From Tubiluchus corallicola (taxonomy: Eukaryota; Animalia; Priapulida): a stretch of 41,091 nucleotides of DNA. Below, one piece after another: positions 12,400 through 23,945 of the stretch. The stretch is taken from positions 1 to 41,091 of the forward strand of contig JAQGDQ010001440.1 of the NCBI GenBank assembly GCA_030141605.1, in the 5' to 3' direction. Each line of letters starts with the position of its first letter. Position 1 is the first letter of the stretch. The notes beneath the pieces are model-generated. The model did not search any database, was not told where the DNA came from, and was given only the letters and a program-made list of their open reading frames with translations. The position numbers were made by a program, and so were the translations under genes.

Positions 12400-12811
12400 T
12401 AATAATTTATAATAATAATAATAATAAATGCTTATTCAAGAAATGGAGGTATATACAAAAAGGTGCCTCTTTTTGCAGGCTCAGAATCAACAATTTACAT
12501 ATTCATATAATAAATCTTTTAAATATTTTAAGTTTCACACTACGTACAACGAATAACATACTATACTTAAATTAGATTTAATTTCAAATGATTCACAAGT
12601 ATTATACACATGAATTAAGTTTATACACTTAAATAATTTTTTTTTTGTATACTCGAGTGGGCTTAAATTAACAATTATTTAGTATATAATTATCTCTGAT
12701 CAGGTTAGCAAAAGCCATTATTAAATTTTTATCAGATTGAAGCATAATATTACGTGCATATATGGCATCAGCTATTTCTATGAAACGTATTCTTTTTGTA
12801 TTATCTACTTT

Positions 12812-12858
<47 letters not shown>

Positions 12859-12867
12859 AGAGGGAGG

Positions 12868-12898
<31 letters not shown>

Positions 12899-13150
12899 GG
12901 GGGGGAGATGTTGAATCATAATATTACGTGTATAATTGGCATCAGCTATTTCTATGAAACGCGTTCTTTTTGTATTATCTACTTTATTGCATCTGAATAA
13001 AATGTGCTGAGGAGTTTGCTCTTCTTCTCCACATGGCTGTAAATCCCTCAGTCCTGGCTATAAGATTTATAACATTATTAAATGAAGCCAACTCGAAGAA
13101 TTTATATAAACGCCATTAAAGCACGTTCATTTGCAACCTTGTTACCGCAT
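12400..13150 (-). mobile_element. Decayed LINE 3' fragment with (TTA)n tail, interrupted by (GA)n and a ~76-bp duplication
   Basis: The minus strand reads PCGEEEQTPQHILFRCNKVD (CCHC-type finger remnant, ~12975-13037). The 3' end reads ttgaataagcatttattattatt. Confidence 0.6.
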
Positions 13151-13311
13151 GAGCAATTCATTAAGTATCGAACCAACAGAGGAAATTTAAATTTAATTTT
13201 CCATAAACTGATTATGATTTTCGTAATGAAGAAATCAAGAGTCTAAAGCAATAATGAAATAATAACCAAAAAATGAACAAGAGAACGATGTGTGAGATTG
13301 TCGCCATCTTT

Positions 13312-13635
13312 GTTTAAACATAATTTATTTAGGATTAGATCAGAACAGTTTGTACAACATGATTTAAGATCTTCACCACAACAGACTTTATACACTATTT
13401 ACAAGAACATTTACAGTAAGAATAGACTATACTTAGTTTTTAGTATATTTTAGTATACTAAAGTTTTACTACAGTGATACATTAGACATTAGTAAAAAAT
13501 GACGGTTAGAAAATATTAATGTACGAATATTTAAGACTGATGCATTTCATATCAGATAGAAACTACTGGAAGCGTTTAGTACATAATATAAAGTCATGTA
13601 TACATTGGAATATTTTACAGTTAGTAACATAGTTG
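13312..13635 (-). mobile_element. CR1-group LINE 3' fragment (third copy)
   Basis: NYVTNCKIFQCIHDFILCTKRFQ* plus the shared 3' UTR. Confidence 0.88.
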
Positions 13636-13997
13636 TCGTCATCTTTGCATGAATGAATGTCTGATGCATAAAATGCTAGGAACAGGTTTTCCCCTTCTTT
13701 AGTAACAAATAACTTCAGACTAACAACATTAAGATCCCACATTTCAAGACCAAACACATGTTAGATAAAATTTCAAATTTCAATCAATTTCACAAATGAT
13801 TTCAATCCATTCAGCCCAGGCAAAACTGCAGCAAATTTTTAACAAGTGACATGATATTATTGTATTTGCACACAAGGTCCTGTGTAGAATAGCAGGGAGT
13901 TTATTTTGTGGCCAGTAAGGACAAAGAAGAGAGTCGTAACAATGATAGAACAGCAACTGAATATCAAATTGTATCTTAGTTAATTACATAACAAAGT

Positions 13998-14440
13998 CAG
14001 ATTTTCGTTCAATGAAATCCTGTTCTGCTGTATATCTGAATATTTAGATCCGTGTTACAACAGTAGAATCATGTTGAGATGAAATACGCAACTTCATCTT
14101 AGACTCTGTTCGTTCTTCCTAGGGGAGGATTTACAATTACGGGGGTCCCCCAGGGTTGTATCTTGGTGCCATTTCTCTACTTTAATTATGTAAGTTATAA
14201 GAAGGGCCCAAGTGTACAGCCTTGAATGACTCCAACGCGCATGCAGGAAAGCGTGGAATTCCTGGAAGCGTGCCATATCAGTAATGCAATTACTGCTACA
14301 TTAGACCGACTTAATTGTATGTTTGTGATACGTATTCGTTTTCCAGCATCTGTAAATTGCATCAGAAGACACTTGTGAAATGTGACCGCTCAAAGAATGA
14401 CATTTTAAGTGAGTGTTTCAGACGGGGGGGAATGATTCTA
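13998..14440 (-). repeat. Dispersed repeat family A, inverted copy
   Basis: See 11075-11520. Confidence 0.9.
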
Positions 14441-14617
14441 GAGGGTGGTTCCGTCTGAGGGGGCGGCACAATTTCATTAGCCTGACCAAAAAGTCATAAT
14501 TCTGCCCTGGTCGCAGCTTGACCACAGAAAGGGGTACCTCGATTAAAATCAGCAAAAATAAAGAAAAATCACTCAAGAGTTTAACTATAATCGGGTTGAG
14601 AAGATCAGTGATTGAAA

Positions 14618-15408
14618 AGACTGGATCCGCCACTGATTCATGATAAATTTCAATACAGTCACTGAGCATCCAATCATAAGACTGGATGCGCCACGGATTC
14701 ATGATAAATTTCAATACAGTCAGTGAGCATCCAATCATAAGACTGGATCCGCCACGGATTCATGATAAATTTCAATACAGTCAGTGAGCATCCAATCATA
14801 AGACTGGATCCGCCACGGATTCATGATAAATTTCAATACAGTCACTGAGCATCCAATCATAAGACTGGATCCGCCACGGATTCATGATAAATTTCAATAC
14901 AGTCAATGAGCATCCAATCATAAGACTGGATCCACCACGGATTCATCATAAATTTCAATACAGTCACTGAGCATCCAATCATAAGACTGGATCCGCCACG
15001 GATTCATGATAAATTTCAATACAGTCAGTGAGCATCCAATCATAAGACTGGATCCGCCACGGATTCATGATAAATTTCAATACAGTCAATGAGCATCCAA
15101 TCATAAGACTGGATCCACCACGGATTCATCATAAATTTCAATACAGTCACTGAGCATCCAATCAAAAGACTGGATCCGCCACGGATTCATGATAAATTTC
15201 AATACAGTCAATGAGCATCCAATCATAAGACTGGATCCGCCACGGATTCATGATAAATTTCAATACAGTCAATGAGCATCCAATCATAAGACTGGATCCA
15301 CCACGGATTCATCATAAATTTCAATACAGTCACTGAGCATCCAATCAAAAGACTGGATCCGCCACGGATTCATGATAAATTTCAATACAGTCAGTGAGCA
15401 TCCAATCA
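14618..15408. repeat. 61-bp minisatellite, ~13 copies
   Basis: agactggatccgccacggattcatgataaatttcaatacagtca[g/c/a]tgagcatccaatcata head-to-tail. Confidence 0.97.
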
Positions 15409-16107
15409 TTTGATTTTGATGAAAAAGTTTCAGTATCACTGCAGCTGCTATCAGCGTTCACACTGCGGTGCATTTTTTCCACTCTGCTGCATTATCTGAA
15501 TTGCAGTATGAAAGATGACACACGATTCTGTTTGCTTTTACCGAGATCAACAAAACGAGCGGATGATGTTACAGCTGAACGTGCCGTTGCTGTTAATGAT
15601 GACGACAGCGACTCGGGGAGGAGGCAAAATAAACAGTTATTTTCATTCTGTGAACTAATAAATTTACCGGCAAGTCATTTAGTTAGTTGGTGGATTAGTG
15701 AGTCGGTCAGTCCATCCATCTATTCCTTTACCCGTCAGCTTGTTAATCTCTCAATGAGTCAGTTAATTGGTCACTCAGTTTGTCAGCGAATTAAGCAACA
15801 CAGCAAACCCACCAACTAACTAGTCGTCTAATCAAACTGGCTAACTGATCAACTATCTAGTCTACCAATCAAGCGATGAACCAACTTAGTAGCCAACCGG
15901 CCCGTCAACTAACCAACAAACCAGCCAGCCAGCAAGCAAAACAACCAGCATTAAACAAACCAACATCAAACAAACCAATATAAAACCAAGCAAACTCTCC
16001 ATCCAAAGTACAATTAACAAATCACACACTTAAATAAACAACGCTTACAGGATCACGTCCCAACAAGGGCTCTTTATAAGCGTAAATACATTTTAAGCAA
16101 CAGCTAA

Positions 16108-16513
16108 TAGGGGTGAGCATCGAACGCTCGAATTCGATTCGAACGAGTTCTTTTAGTTCGAACTCGATTGGAATCCAAAACTATAGATTCGAATAATTCA
16201 GCACTTCAATCACACATGTTCCTGATCACTAAAACGATTGAAACATCATGCAATTAGCATAATTTAGCTGTGATTTCTGCACACAATTTTAAACAAATTA
16301 CTAGTCGTTTTATTCCAGAACAAAATCTAGTGATATGCATGATCTTTGTAAGACTAATTTTTACTGGTGTTCGAAAACTTGTTCGAAAATCGTTTAATCT
16401 CAATTCGAATTCGGTTCGAATTCGAAACACCTAAGTTCGGTTCGATTCGAATTCGAAAGTCACAAATTCGGTTCGATTCGAATTCGCTTTCTGGTAGAGA
16501 ATGCTCACCCCTA
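16108..16513. mobile_element. hAT-type MITE, 406 bp
   Basis: 13-bp TIR TAGGGGTGAGCAT / ATGCTCACCCCTA with a perfect 8-bp TSD ACAGCTAA (16100-07 and 16514-21). Dense subterminal TTCGA motifs. Confidence 0.95.
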
Positions 16514-17685
16514 ACAGCTAATAGTAGTAGTATTATTATGGTCGTTACGACCAACAAAATTACATCTAAATTTACTCGCAATGTTACAAACGGCACAAAC
16601 CTCAGTAAACAAATTTTGCTAAAGTATAGTGCAAAATACACGGCAATGGTGGTAATCTTTTTAACATAATAACATCCAAAAAGTACTAGATAACAATTTA
16701 GTGATAAAATTTTAGCTAACTTAACCGTCACTTGCATAAATAAATTATGAATATCGATTGTAAATTTACCACAGATTAAAGGGTTGATATTACGAAACTC
16801 CAAAACATTACTTAAATTTAGATTGTATTTTTCTCTCATGGCTTTTTTTAATTCACATACAGCTACGTCACTAACAAACGCCTGGTGTCACTTGCTGGAC
16901 GGCCGCTACTTTGTGATAAACTTCAGTACAACCTACGACATTTACTCACAGCCAGCATAACCTCTTTGGTTATCACATTTCTGGGACCAATTTTTTACAC
17001 TGGTTTTCATAAATTTAAATAAGTTGAAACGTCCATTTTCTTCCAAATCTAGATAAACAACGATTAGTTGAAGCTAAACAGGATCCAATCTTAAAGTGTA
17101 GGTCAAAACTAGATTTTCTCTTTAAGAGAGAGAGAGAGAGAGATAGGCCCTGGTATTCTGTTTGTATTCACGTGAGACAGAGTGGACCAGAAAGTTGGCT
17201 TCAGTAGGGAATTTCAACTTAAATTTACCATATAGTATTTTTTCAGTTCAGTATTTTTATTACATTTGTAGTTTTCCACAAAATGTGAGAAAATTTTCAA
17301 CAATTTTTCTACTTGTAGACGGGTGCAGAACATTACAAAACGCACCAAATAAATACACAGAAAGAAGAGGCGTGACATTCGGTAGTGGCCATGCAGTAGT
17401 GGCCAAAGTTATTTGGCTAAGCAACAAGATTATTGATAAGGCTGAGGCAGGTTGCAGCAAAGATATTTATCTAGCAAACATTACTAAATCTCTAAGATGA
17501 CAGAAAATTAGTCATAAACAAAAGCAAAGATACTACAATTATATTGAACTTTGATACTTCCTTATTAAATGTACGACCGACTCAGACTGTCACATCACCT
17601 GTTTAGATGAAGTCGATTTAGAAACAACGTCACTCAAGGAAGCACATATTCTTGTGATCGAAAAGGTGTTGACTTATAAGGTAGG

Positions 17686-18127
17686 TGTGAAAGTCATGTA
17701 TGAGATTCTAGTTTAACACTTCGTAGAAAAAGAATAAAACAGTATACTACATATCTGCACAAAACTGAAGTGTTTATTAGACTACATACACATATGTAGA
17801 ATGACTGCTACACTGAACACTGAGAACAAGAGTGTCCTGCACTGATCACTGAGAGTCTGAGAGTAAGTAACATGAGGATCTCGACTGCTGCACTGCACTA
17901 AGAGTGAGACAGTGGCTTGAAGTAAAATCCAGCCAGTATATATAGGTAGAGGTAACTATGCAAACTTGGCTTCACGAAAACCATTACTGAAAAATAGGGA
18001 GAGATCCAGCGAGTATGCATATTCACTGGACCGTACAATTATACTAGGGGTAAGTTTGGCTAGTAAAATGTAAAAGGATTAGTTCATAGATGGCAGCACC
18101 TAAAAATATACAGTTACAATTTCCACA
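17686..18127 (-). mobile_element. Solo LTR, copy 1 (442 bp)
   Basis: TGTG...CACA termini and 5-bp TSD GTAGG. On the minus strand a TATA-like tract (17937-44) precedes AATAAA (17773-78). Confidence 0.92.
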
Positions 18128-18348
18128 GTAGGTTTTGAAATTGTTAGCACGATAATGCAAAGTCTTTGTAGATTTTCTTTTGTCGAGATGAAGTTTTTGT
18201 TGAAATGTAAATTGTTAAAAGGAGGCAATGGCGACAACTATTGTCGCTGTCATGCTGTTGTAGCTCCAGAAACTGCACTGATATTTCATACTGATTTGGA
18301 TTGGTGTGAGCTACTATGTTTATGGAGAGTTAGTAGATTACTATAACA

Positions 18349-18588
18349 AGCACCACCCTCGGCCCGTTCCCGTTCTTCAGATCTCAGGCGTATAACTTTT
18401 GCAAAAAACGGCAGAAAAATGGCCATTTTTGGAGGTTTTTCGCCCCAAGTTCCTCGCTGTGGGCCCGATTCGAAAAATAAACCCCCAATGGCACGACACT
18501 AGATCGAGACCTTTCTTTTGATATATAGATCGCCCCAAATGGTGGCGTCGTCCGAGCTGTACCTCGAATCTTATATATATATATACCA
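18349..18588 (-). mobile_element. Partial copy of the Helitron-like repeat at 35515-36002
   Basis: About 240 bp highly similar to 35755-35994. Confidence 0.75.
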
Positions 18589-18831
18589 AAAATATTAATA
18601 TATAGATGTTGGCTGCTTGTCATGATTGGTTGCCTGATTATCAAATTATAGAAACAAATTATCGGCTCCGTCGAGTAATGTATTCGCTTTCGTAATGCAA
18701 TAATGAATAATACAATTTATTATTCATTGTGTAACATATACTTCTGTCTTTATGCTAAATTTACATTGAATATATATTTTTGCATTGTGCTGCATGCGTG
18801 CGTATAGCAATATATACATATATATATATAA

Positions 18832-18965
18832 TAATCTTTATTTGCCATTAAAATACATTGATAATCACTGATAAAAACTTTACAGAGATGATCAATCAGT
18901 GTTAGTTAATAAAAACTTACACTGCTAAAGGCAAATGCGTCAGTGCAATCTAAACTACTGTGCAG
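18832..18965 (-). mobile_element. L2/Crack-like LINE 3' end
   Basis: aatctttatttgccatt...ggcaaatgcgtcagtgcaatctaaactactgtgc. Confidence 0.65.
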
Positions 18966-19134
18966 TAATGGAAAGTAACGACGAATAAAATCAAACATAT
19001 TTACAACTATGCACAAAAAAAAGAAAAAAAAACTATGATTTAATTAATGTGGCCGTGGATATACGAATTCTGAATTAGTGTGTACGTTGTTGTACTGGTG
19101 TGACTTCTGTTGCACTTAATTGCAACTTCACAAG

Positions 19135-19358
19135 CAGCACCTGCCACAGACCAAACTCCACAAGTTGTGTTTGCACCGATTTCTGCTCCTCAAGGAGCAT
19201 TTGCGCCTGAAGGAGTCTTCACAGCAAGCTATGCGCCTCAGATAGTATACCAAGCACCACCAAATCAGCTTCAAGTACCTTTCACACAAGTCAATTTGGC
19301 AACTGTCCACCAGCCAAAGTTCAACGAAAAATTTGCAATAATTCTTTCTCTTCTGCAG
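19135..19358 (+). CDS. MS4A/CD20-like tetraspan protein, coding exon (P/Q/A-rich N-tail and start of TM1); 5' boundary uncertain
   Basis: Open frame ...QPKFNEKFAIILSLLQ ends at CAG|GTATCA in phase 0 and joins ILCGCIAII of the next exon. Candidate tandem acceptor AAG/CAG at 19132-19137. No in-frame ATG. Confidence 0.8.
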
Positions 19359-19504
19359 GTATCAACATTTTTGTGACTTTTGTGTTAAAATGGTAGTTTC
19401 ATTTGCTGTAATTAAAATAGTACATAGATTGATTGTCTTACGCCTGAATAGAAGGAGTTAAGGTAAAAGAAACAAGTTCACGGACAAGCTCAATAGCCGC
19501 TTAA

Positions 19505-19966
19505 CCCTTTCATACCCGTTGCATCCCGTGGGATACGAGAATATTTTCTGCCTTTAAAATTAATAAAATTTTAAAACTGACAGTTATTTGATCTGTTAAT
19601 AGTTATTTTGATTTAAGCCAATAACAATAGACTAAAAATGGTGATAAAATGGCAAACTAGAAAATCTACATAGCATAAAAAACTGCGCAAGGTACAGTAC
19701 TTTAGAGACGACTTTGTACAGATCAGCAAAGCGTGCATACTAAATGTCTTAGATACTTTAAAAAATTATCAGCAGTTGCAAAATGAAGCACATTTTATGC
19801 TTCCATTGAATCCCAATGTATCCCGTGGGATACAGGCTATATTTAGCACGCGGGCACAGATGAGGTAGAAAAAATAATTATTATGTGTAAACAAGATGGA
19901 CATACTAAACAAAAGTACCAAGCCAAAAAATTTTTTCTTATTAAAAATCACTTGGGACTGAAAGGG
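19505..19966 (-). mobile_element. piggyBac-type MITE (intronic, inverted relative to the 9769 copy)
   Basis: TTAA|CCCTTTCA...TGAAAGGG|TTAA. Confidence 0.92.
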
Positions 19967-20212
19967 TTAAAGTAAGAGATTTCAGTGAGTAAAGACACAT
20001 TTCAAATGACATACAATTCACAAATAGTGACAGGCGATATCTCTTGCCGTTTTTCTTAAATTATGTGAGAGTGTAAGACTGTACTTTTAAGAGAGTTTAT
20101 TTGAGGTCCCATGCCTGACGGGTTGCATCAATTTTCGGAGCCTTGGTACCCAAGAAGGACAGGTGATCAGCACATTTCTTGGCAGCCTTTCTTCCCCTGC
20201 GCATGATCATGT

Positions 20213-20660
20213 AGTCAAATTAACGCTCAACAGTCAAGTTAAGGGTCAACGGTCAAGTTAAGGCTAAACAGTCAAGTTAAGACTACACAGTCAAGGCTAC
20301 ACAGTCAAGTCAAGGCTAAACAGTCAAATCAAGGCTCAACAGTCAAATTAACGCTCAACAGTCAAGTTAAGGCTAAACAGTCAAGTTAAGGCTAAACAGT
20401 CAAGTTAAGGCTAAACAGTCAAGTTAAGACTACACAGTCAAGGCTACACAGTCAAGTCAAGGCTAAACAGTCAAATCAAGGCTCAACAGTCAAATTAAGG
20501 CTCAACAATCAAGTTAAGGCTCAACAGTCAAATTAAGGCTCAACAGTCAAGTTAAGGCTCAACAGTCAAGTTAAGGCTCAACAGTCAAGTTAAGGCTAAA
20601 CAGTCAAGTTAAGGCTAAACAATCAAATTAAGGCTAAACAGTCAAGTTAAGGCTAAACAA
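20213..20660. repeat. 19-bp minisatellite (cagtcaagttaaggct[c/a]aa)
   Basis: Directly visible, over 20 copies. Confidence 0.95.
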
Positions 20661-20702
20661 TTATATCTGTTTGAAACATGATTCGAAGTATCTCAACCTG
20701 AA

Positions 20703-20757
20703 TGGCATTCGAACCCATGACGTCCGGATCAGCTGACAACTGCCGTACCACTTGGCT
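20703..20757 (-). mobile_element. tRNA-like SINE head remnant
   Basis: Minus strand AGCCAAGTGG (A-box-like) ... GGTTCGAATGCC (B-box-like) at tRNA spacing; no full cloverleaf. Confidence 0.45.
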
Positions 20758-20975
20758 TCTGTATACTTCATAAATCTGTAACCCTGGCGAAGTGTCAGGA
20801 AAAATGATTTGGACCTTTATGAACAAATTAGTGGGATTTTGGGAACCAGTGAGGATAGATCCTTAGGGCATCATTTGTAGATGTAGATTTAATGTAGCAA
20901 CTGACCTGTGGAAGCTGCAGAATTGACATCAAATGAGGTTCATAACGGAAAAAATGAAGTGCTAGCCAAGATATG

Positions 20976-21377
20976 TGTGAAAGTCATGTTTGAGGTTGTA
21001 GTTGAACACTTTGTAGAAAACGAATAAAACACAGTACTAAATATCTGCACAAAAATGAAAAACGTTTATTAGACTACATACATACACATGTAGAATGACT
21101 GCTAAACTGAGGACAAGAGTGTCCTGCACTGAACACTGAGAGTTAGACAGTAAGTAACATGAGGATCACGACTGCTGCACTGCACTGAGAGTGAGAGTTA
21201 GGAAATTATGCAAACTTGGCTTCACAAAAACCATTACTGTAAAATAGGGAGAGATCCAGTGAGTATGCATATTCACTGGACCGCACAATTATACTAGGGG
21301 TGAGTTTAGCTAGTAAAATGTAAAGGGATTAGTTAATAGATGGCAGCACCTAAATATATACAGTTACAATTTCCACA
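20976..21377 (-). mobile_element. Solo LTR, copy 2 (402 bp, intronic)
   Basis: Same family as 17686; TGTG...CACA; 5-bp TSD ATATG; an internal deletion removes the TATA-like segment. Confidence 0.92.
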
Positions 21378-21485
21378 ATATGACTGCAATATTTCATGCA
21401 AGATCAATTAGTTAAAAATAAAATGTAGCTTCAGCAGTAAAGAAATGTGGAATGCAAAATTGATATCTAGTAATTGGTGGCACTG

Positions 21486-21838
21486 CTCCTTCTTCTAGCT
21501 ACATCAGACCTGGTTCATGCAAGACTTATGTTTATGTTTTTCATGCTTGAGCATGTGCTAGCTGACTCCTTCTTGTAGATGCATCAGACCTGGTTCATGC
21601 AAGACTTGTTTATGTTTTTCATGCTTGAGCATGTGCTAGCTGACTCCTTCTTCTAGCTACATCAGACCTGGTTCATGCAAGACTTGTTTATGTTTTTCAT
21701 GCTTGAGCATGTGCTAGCTGACTCCTTCTTGTAGATGCATCAGACCTGGTTCATGCAAGACTTGTTTATGTTTTTCATGCTTGAGCATGTGCTAGCTGAC
21801 TCCTTCTTGTAGATGCATCAGACCTGGTTCATGCAAGT
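21486..21838. repeat. 78-bp tandem repeat, ~4.5 copies
   Basis: atcagacctggttcatgcaag at 21503, 21583, 21661, 21739 and 21817. Confidence 0.95.
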
Positions 21839-21954
21839 CTGAACATGCAAGTCTCAACACAGTCTGTGTAGTACAGTGACATTAAGCTACAACCGTCTTG
21901 TAAGGGTTAATGGCATCCGATCTAGTAGAAAAAACTACCCGCACTATCTTTGGG

Positions 21955-22115
21955 ATCGTGGCCCGGACTTCAGCTGGATGCACTCAATTAATCGCCTGGG
22001 CCGTACTTTCATTAGGTTGACAAATCTCTTCGCGTAAAGCAAATCAAATCGTGGGCCGCACAAATTCTCTCAGCGGGCTGCAAGTGGCCCGCGGGCCGCA
22101 ATTTGCACACCCCTG
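21955..22115. mobile_element. One end of a hAT (Charlie-like) non-autonomous element
   Basis: gtggcccgcgggccgcaatttgcacacccctg is the reverse of a CAGGGGTG-type TIR with GGGCC subterminal motifs; the partner end was not found. Confidence 0.55.
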
Positions 22116-22439
22116 GTGTAATTAATACTACCAGGGTTTGAAGTTAATAACACGATAATATAAATAATTGTTCTCAATATGTTTATTATTGCTAGAGCAA
22201 ACAATTATCGCTGAAATGACACATCGATTTCGATATAGATGCTCTAATTGTATCGATGTTCTGTGGTGATGATCATTTATATTATCATTTCGATAATAGA
22301 CAAAAAATCAATTTTGCTTTGTATCGATTCGAAAATCTATAAAAAAAACGATTTTTCATAGATAAAACGATAATCGATTCCCATCAATACAACTAGCAAA
22401 GAAGTAAAATGCTAGGAATGGTCAGCTGTGTCACAAGTT

Positions 22440-22900
22440 TTACTATTATTATTTATTATTTATTATTTATTATTATTATCACATTCAGTACAATATAGTG
22501 ACATTAAGCACACAGTGACATCAAAATTATTACATCTACTGTATTAAATTATTATGTTTCTTACACTATCGTTATCATAAAAGAATAATTGTACTGCAGT
22601 GGGCTAGAGAAGCAAAGGCTTGTATAAGCCCACTGTCATGTGAACCAGATAAAAAAGAATGGATGAGTGAACAAAAAAAAGAACTGGGAGAAAGGTTAGA
22701 TCACACAGGAAGGGTAGAAGGATGTGTTAGTGGAAATGGTAGGAAGAAAGATAATAGATTGTGCTATGTTGACATCAGCTCTAAAGATTTATCAATGATG
22801 CCTTGTTTGGCATAATCTGTACCAGGATTGTGGTATGACTGCTGCTGTAGGCGTGGGAAATTAGGAAGTGTTGGACTTGTTGAGAATCATTGCTCTGTAG
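22440..22900 (-). mobile_element. Probable LINE 3' end with (TAA)-type tail
   Basis: An (ATT)n/(ATTT)n tract lies next to a hairpin cagtgggct...agcccactg (~22597-22635); coding remnant not clear. Confidence 0.35.
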
Positions 22901-23056
22901 TTCTTTTTAAATTTTGAATTGGCTGAACAGTTTTTAATTCATCATTTATGTCATTCCAAGGCCTTGGACCAACATTTGCAATTTTTGCGTACGAAATCCA
23001 GTTAGTGAAGTAAATTTAGTTTAGTTTGTAAGTAAAGTCAGTTTCTGTTTTTGTAG

Positions 23057-23641
23057 ATTCTGTGTGGCTGTATTGCAATTATCACGGAAATAATAATACT
23101 GACAGACTGGTATTACTTGACCACTGGTGCTGGCATTTGGTGCGGAATTTTCTTCATTATTGCCGGAGGCTTAGGTCTTGGTGCAGCTGGGACCAGCAAA
23201 AAAAAGAAATGCTTGATCATTTCTTTCATGGTGTTAAGTATTGTTGCTGCTGTATTTGCCGCCAGTCTTCTAAGTTTAGCTTTTACATCCACGTTTCTTG
23301 AGGACTTTTCGGTTGTTTACTGGATCCAATTTGCATCAGCGTGTATGGAAATTCTGTCCTCTATTTGGTCTGCGTCCCTTTGCTGCAAAGCAGTTTGTTG
23401 CAGAACAGTGAGTAATCCAGGAGTTGTTTACTATGCACCTGGTCAACAAACTGGAGCTTTGGGTGGAACAGTAAGTAATCCAGGAGTGGTATTCTATGCA
23501 CCTGGTCAACAAAGTGGAGTTTTGGTTACACCAGGAGTGCAAGTTCAGCAGCAAACACAGTTCCAAGGACAGCAGCCAACAGGAGGGCAAGTGGGTCAGC
23601 CTCTTCATGCGTATGGTACGACAGTGCCAAATATGCAGTAG
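23057..23641 (+). CDS. MS4A/CD20-like tetraspan protein, last coding exon (TM1 end to TM4, Cys cluster, G/Q/P-rich tail)
   Basis: Acceptor tttctgtttttgtAG|ATT. Translation ILCGCIAIITEIIIL...GAGIWCGIFFIIAGGLGL...CLIISFMVLSIVAAVFA...ACMEILSSIWSASLCCKAVCC. The LQI..G, G.W.G..FI..G.L and E......S...C patterns are characteristic of the CD20/MS4A family. Stop TAG at 23639-41. Confidence 0.9.
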   Translation: MLCGCIAIITEIIILTDWYYLTTGAGIWCGIFFIIAGGLGLGAAGTSKKKKCLIISFMVLSIVAAVFAASLLSLAFTSTFLEDFSVVYWIQFASACMEILSSIWSASLCCKAVCCRTVSNPGVVYYAPGQQTGALGGTVSNPGVVFYAPGQQSGVLVTPGVQVQQQTQFQGQQPTGGQVGQPLHAYGTTVPNMQ

Positions 23642-23659
23642 AAATATATATATATATAT

Positions 23660-23945
23660 GACTACCCTGCCATCAAATTTAAAACAAATCGAGTCTTTTG
23701 ACAAATTCAAATCAAAATTAAAAATACATACATTAAATCGATTTGAAAACCCAACATACGTAAACGATAATATATATTCATCAACAAAATTTATTTACCC
23801 GCGTCCATTTTAAATTACATGTATATATATTGTATATAGTCTATTATAATTTGCGTGTAACATTATAATGTATATTTTGTTTTAAATTTTTGGCACAGTA
23901 GTTCTTAGTTTGCACTGGATGCATTTGCCTTTAATAGTTGTGTGA
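23660..23945 (+). mobile_element. L2/Crack-like LINE 3' fragment directly after the stop codon
   Basis: LPSNLKQIESFDKFKSKLK (ORF2 terminal LP...FK..LK motif), followed by gcacagtagtt.ttagtttgcactggatgcatttgcc. Confidence 0.75.

Noticed and set aside
17162-17500. 112-aa ORF as a gene or transposase fragment
   Set aside because: Non-ATG start, stops downstream and no recognisable motif.
18968-18980. ATG GAA A|GTAACG as the missing first coding exon of the MS4A-like gene
   Set aside because: The phase fits, but the donor is weak and it lies at the edge of an antisense LINE 3' UTR.
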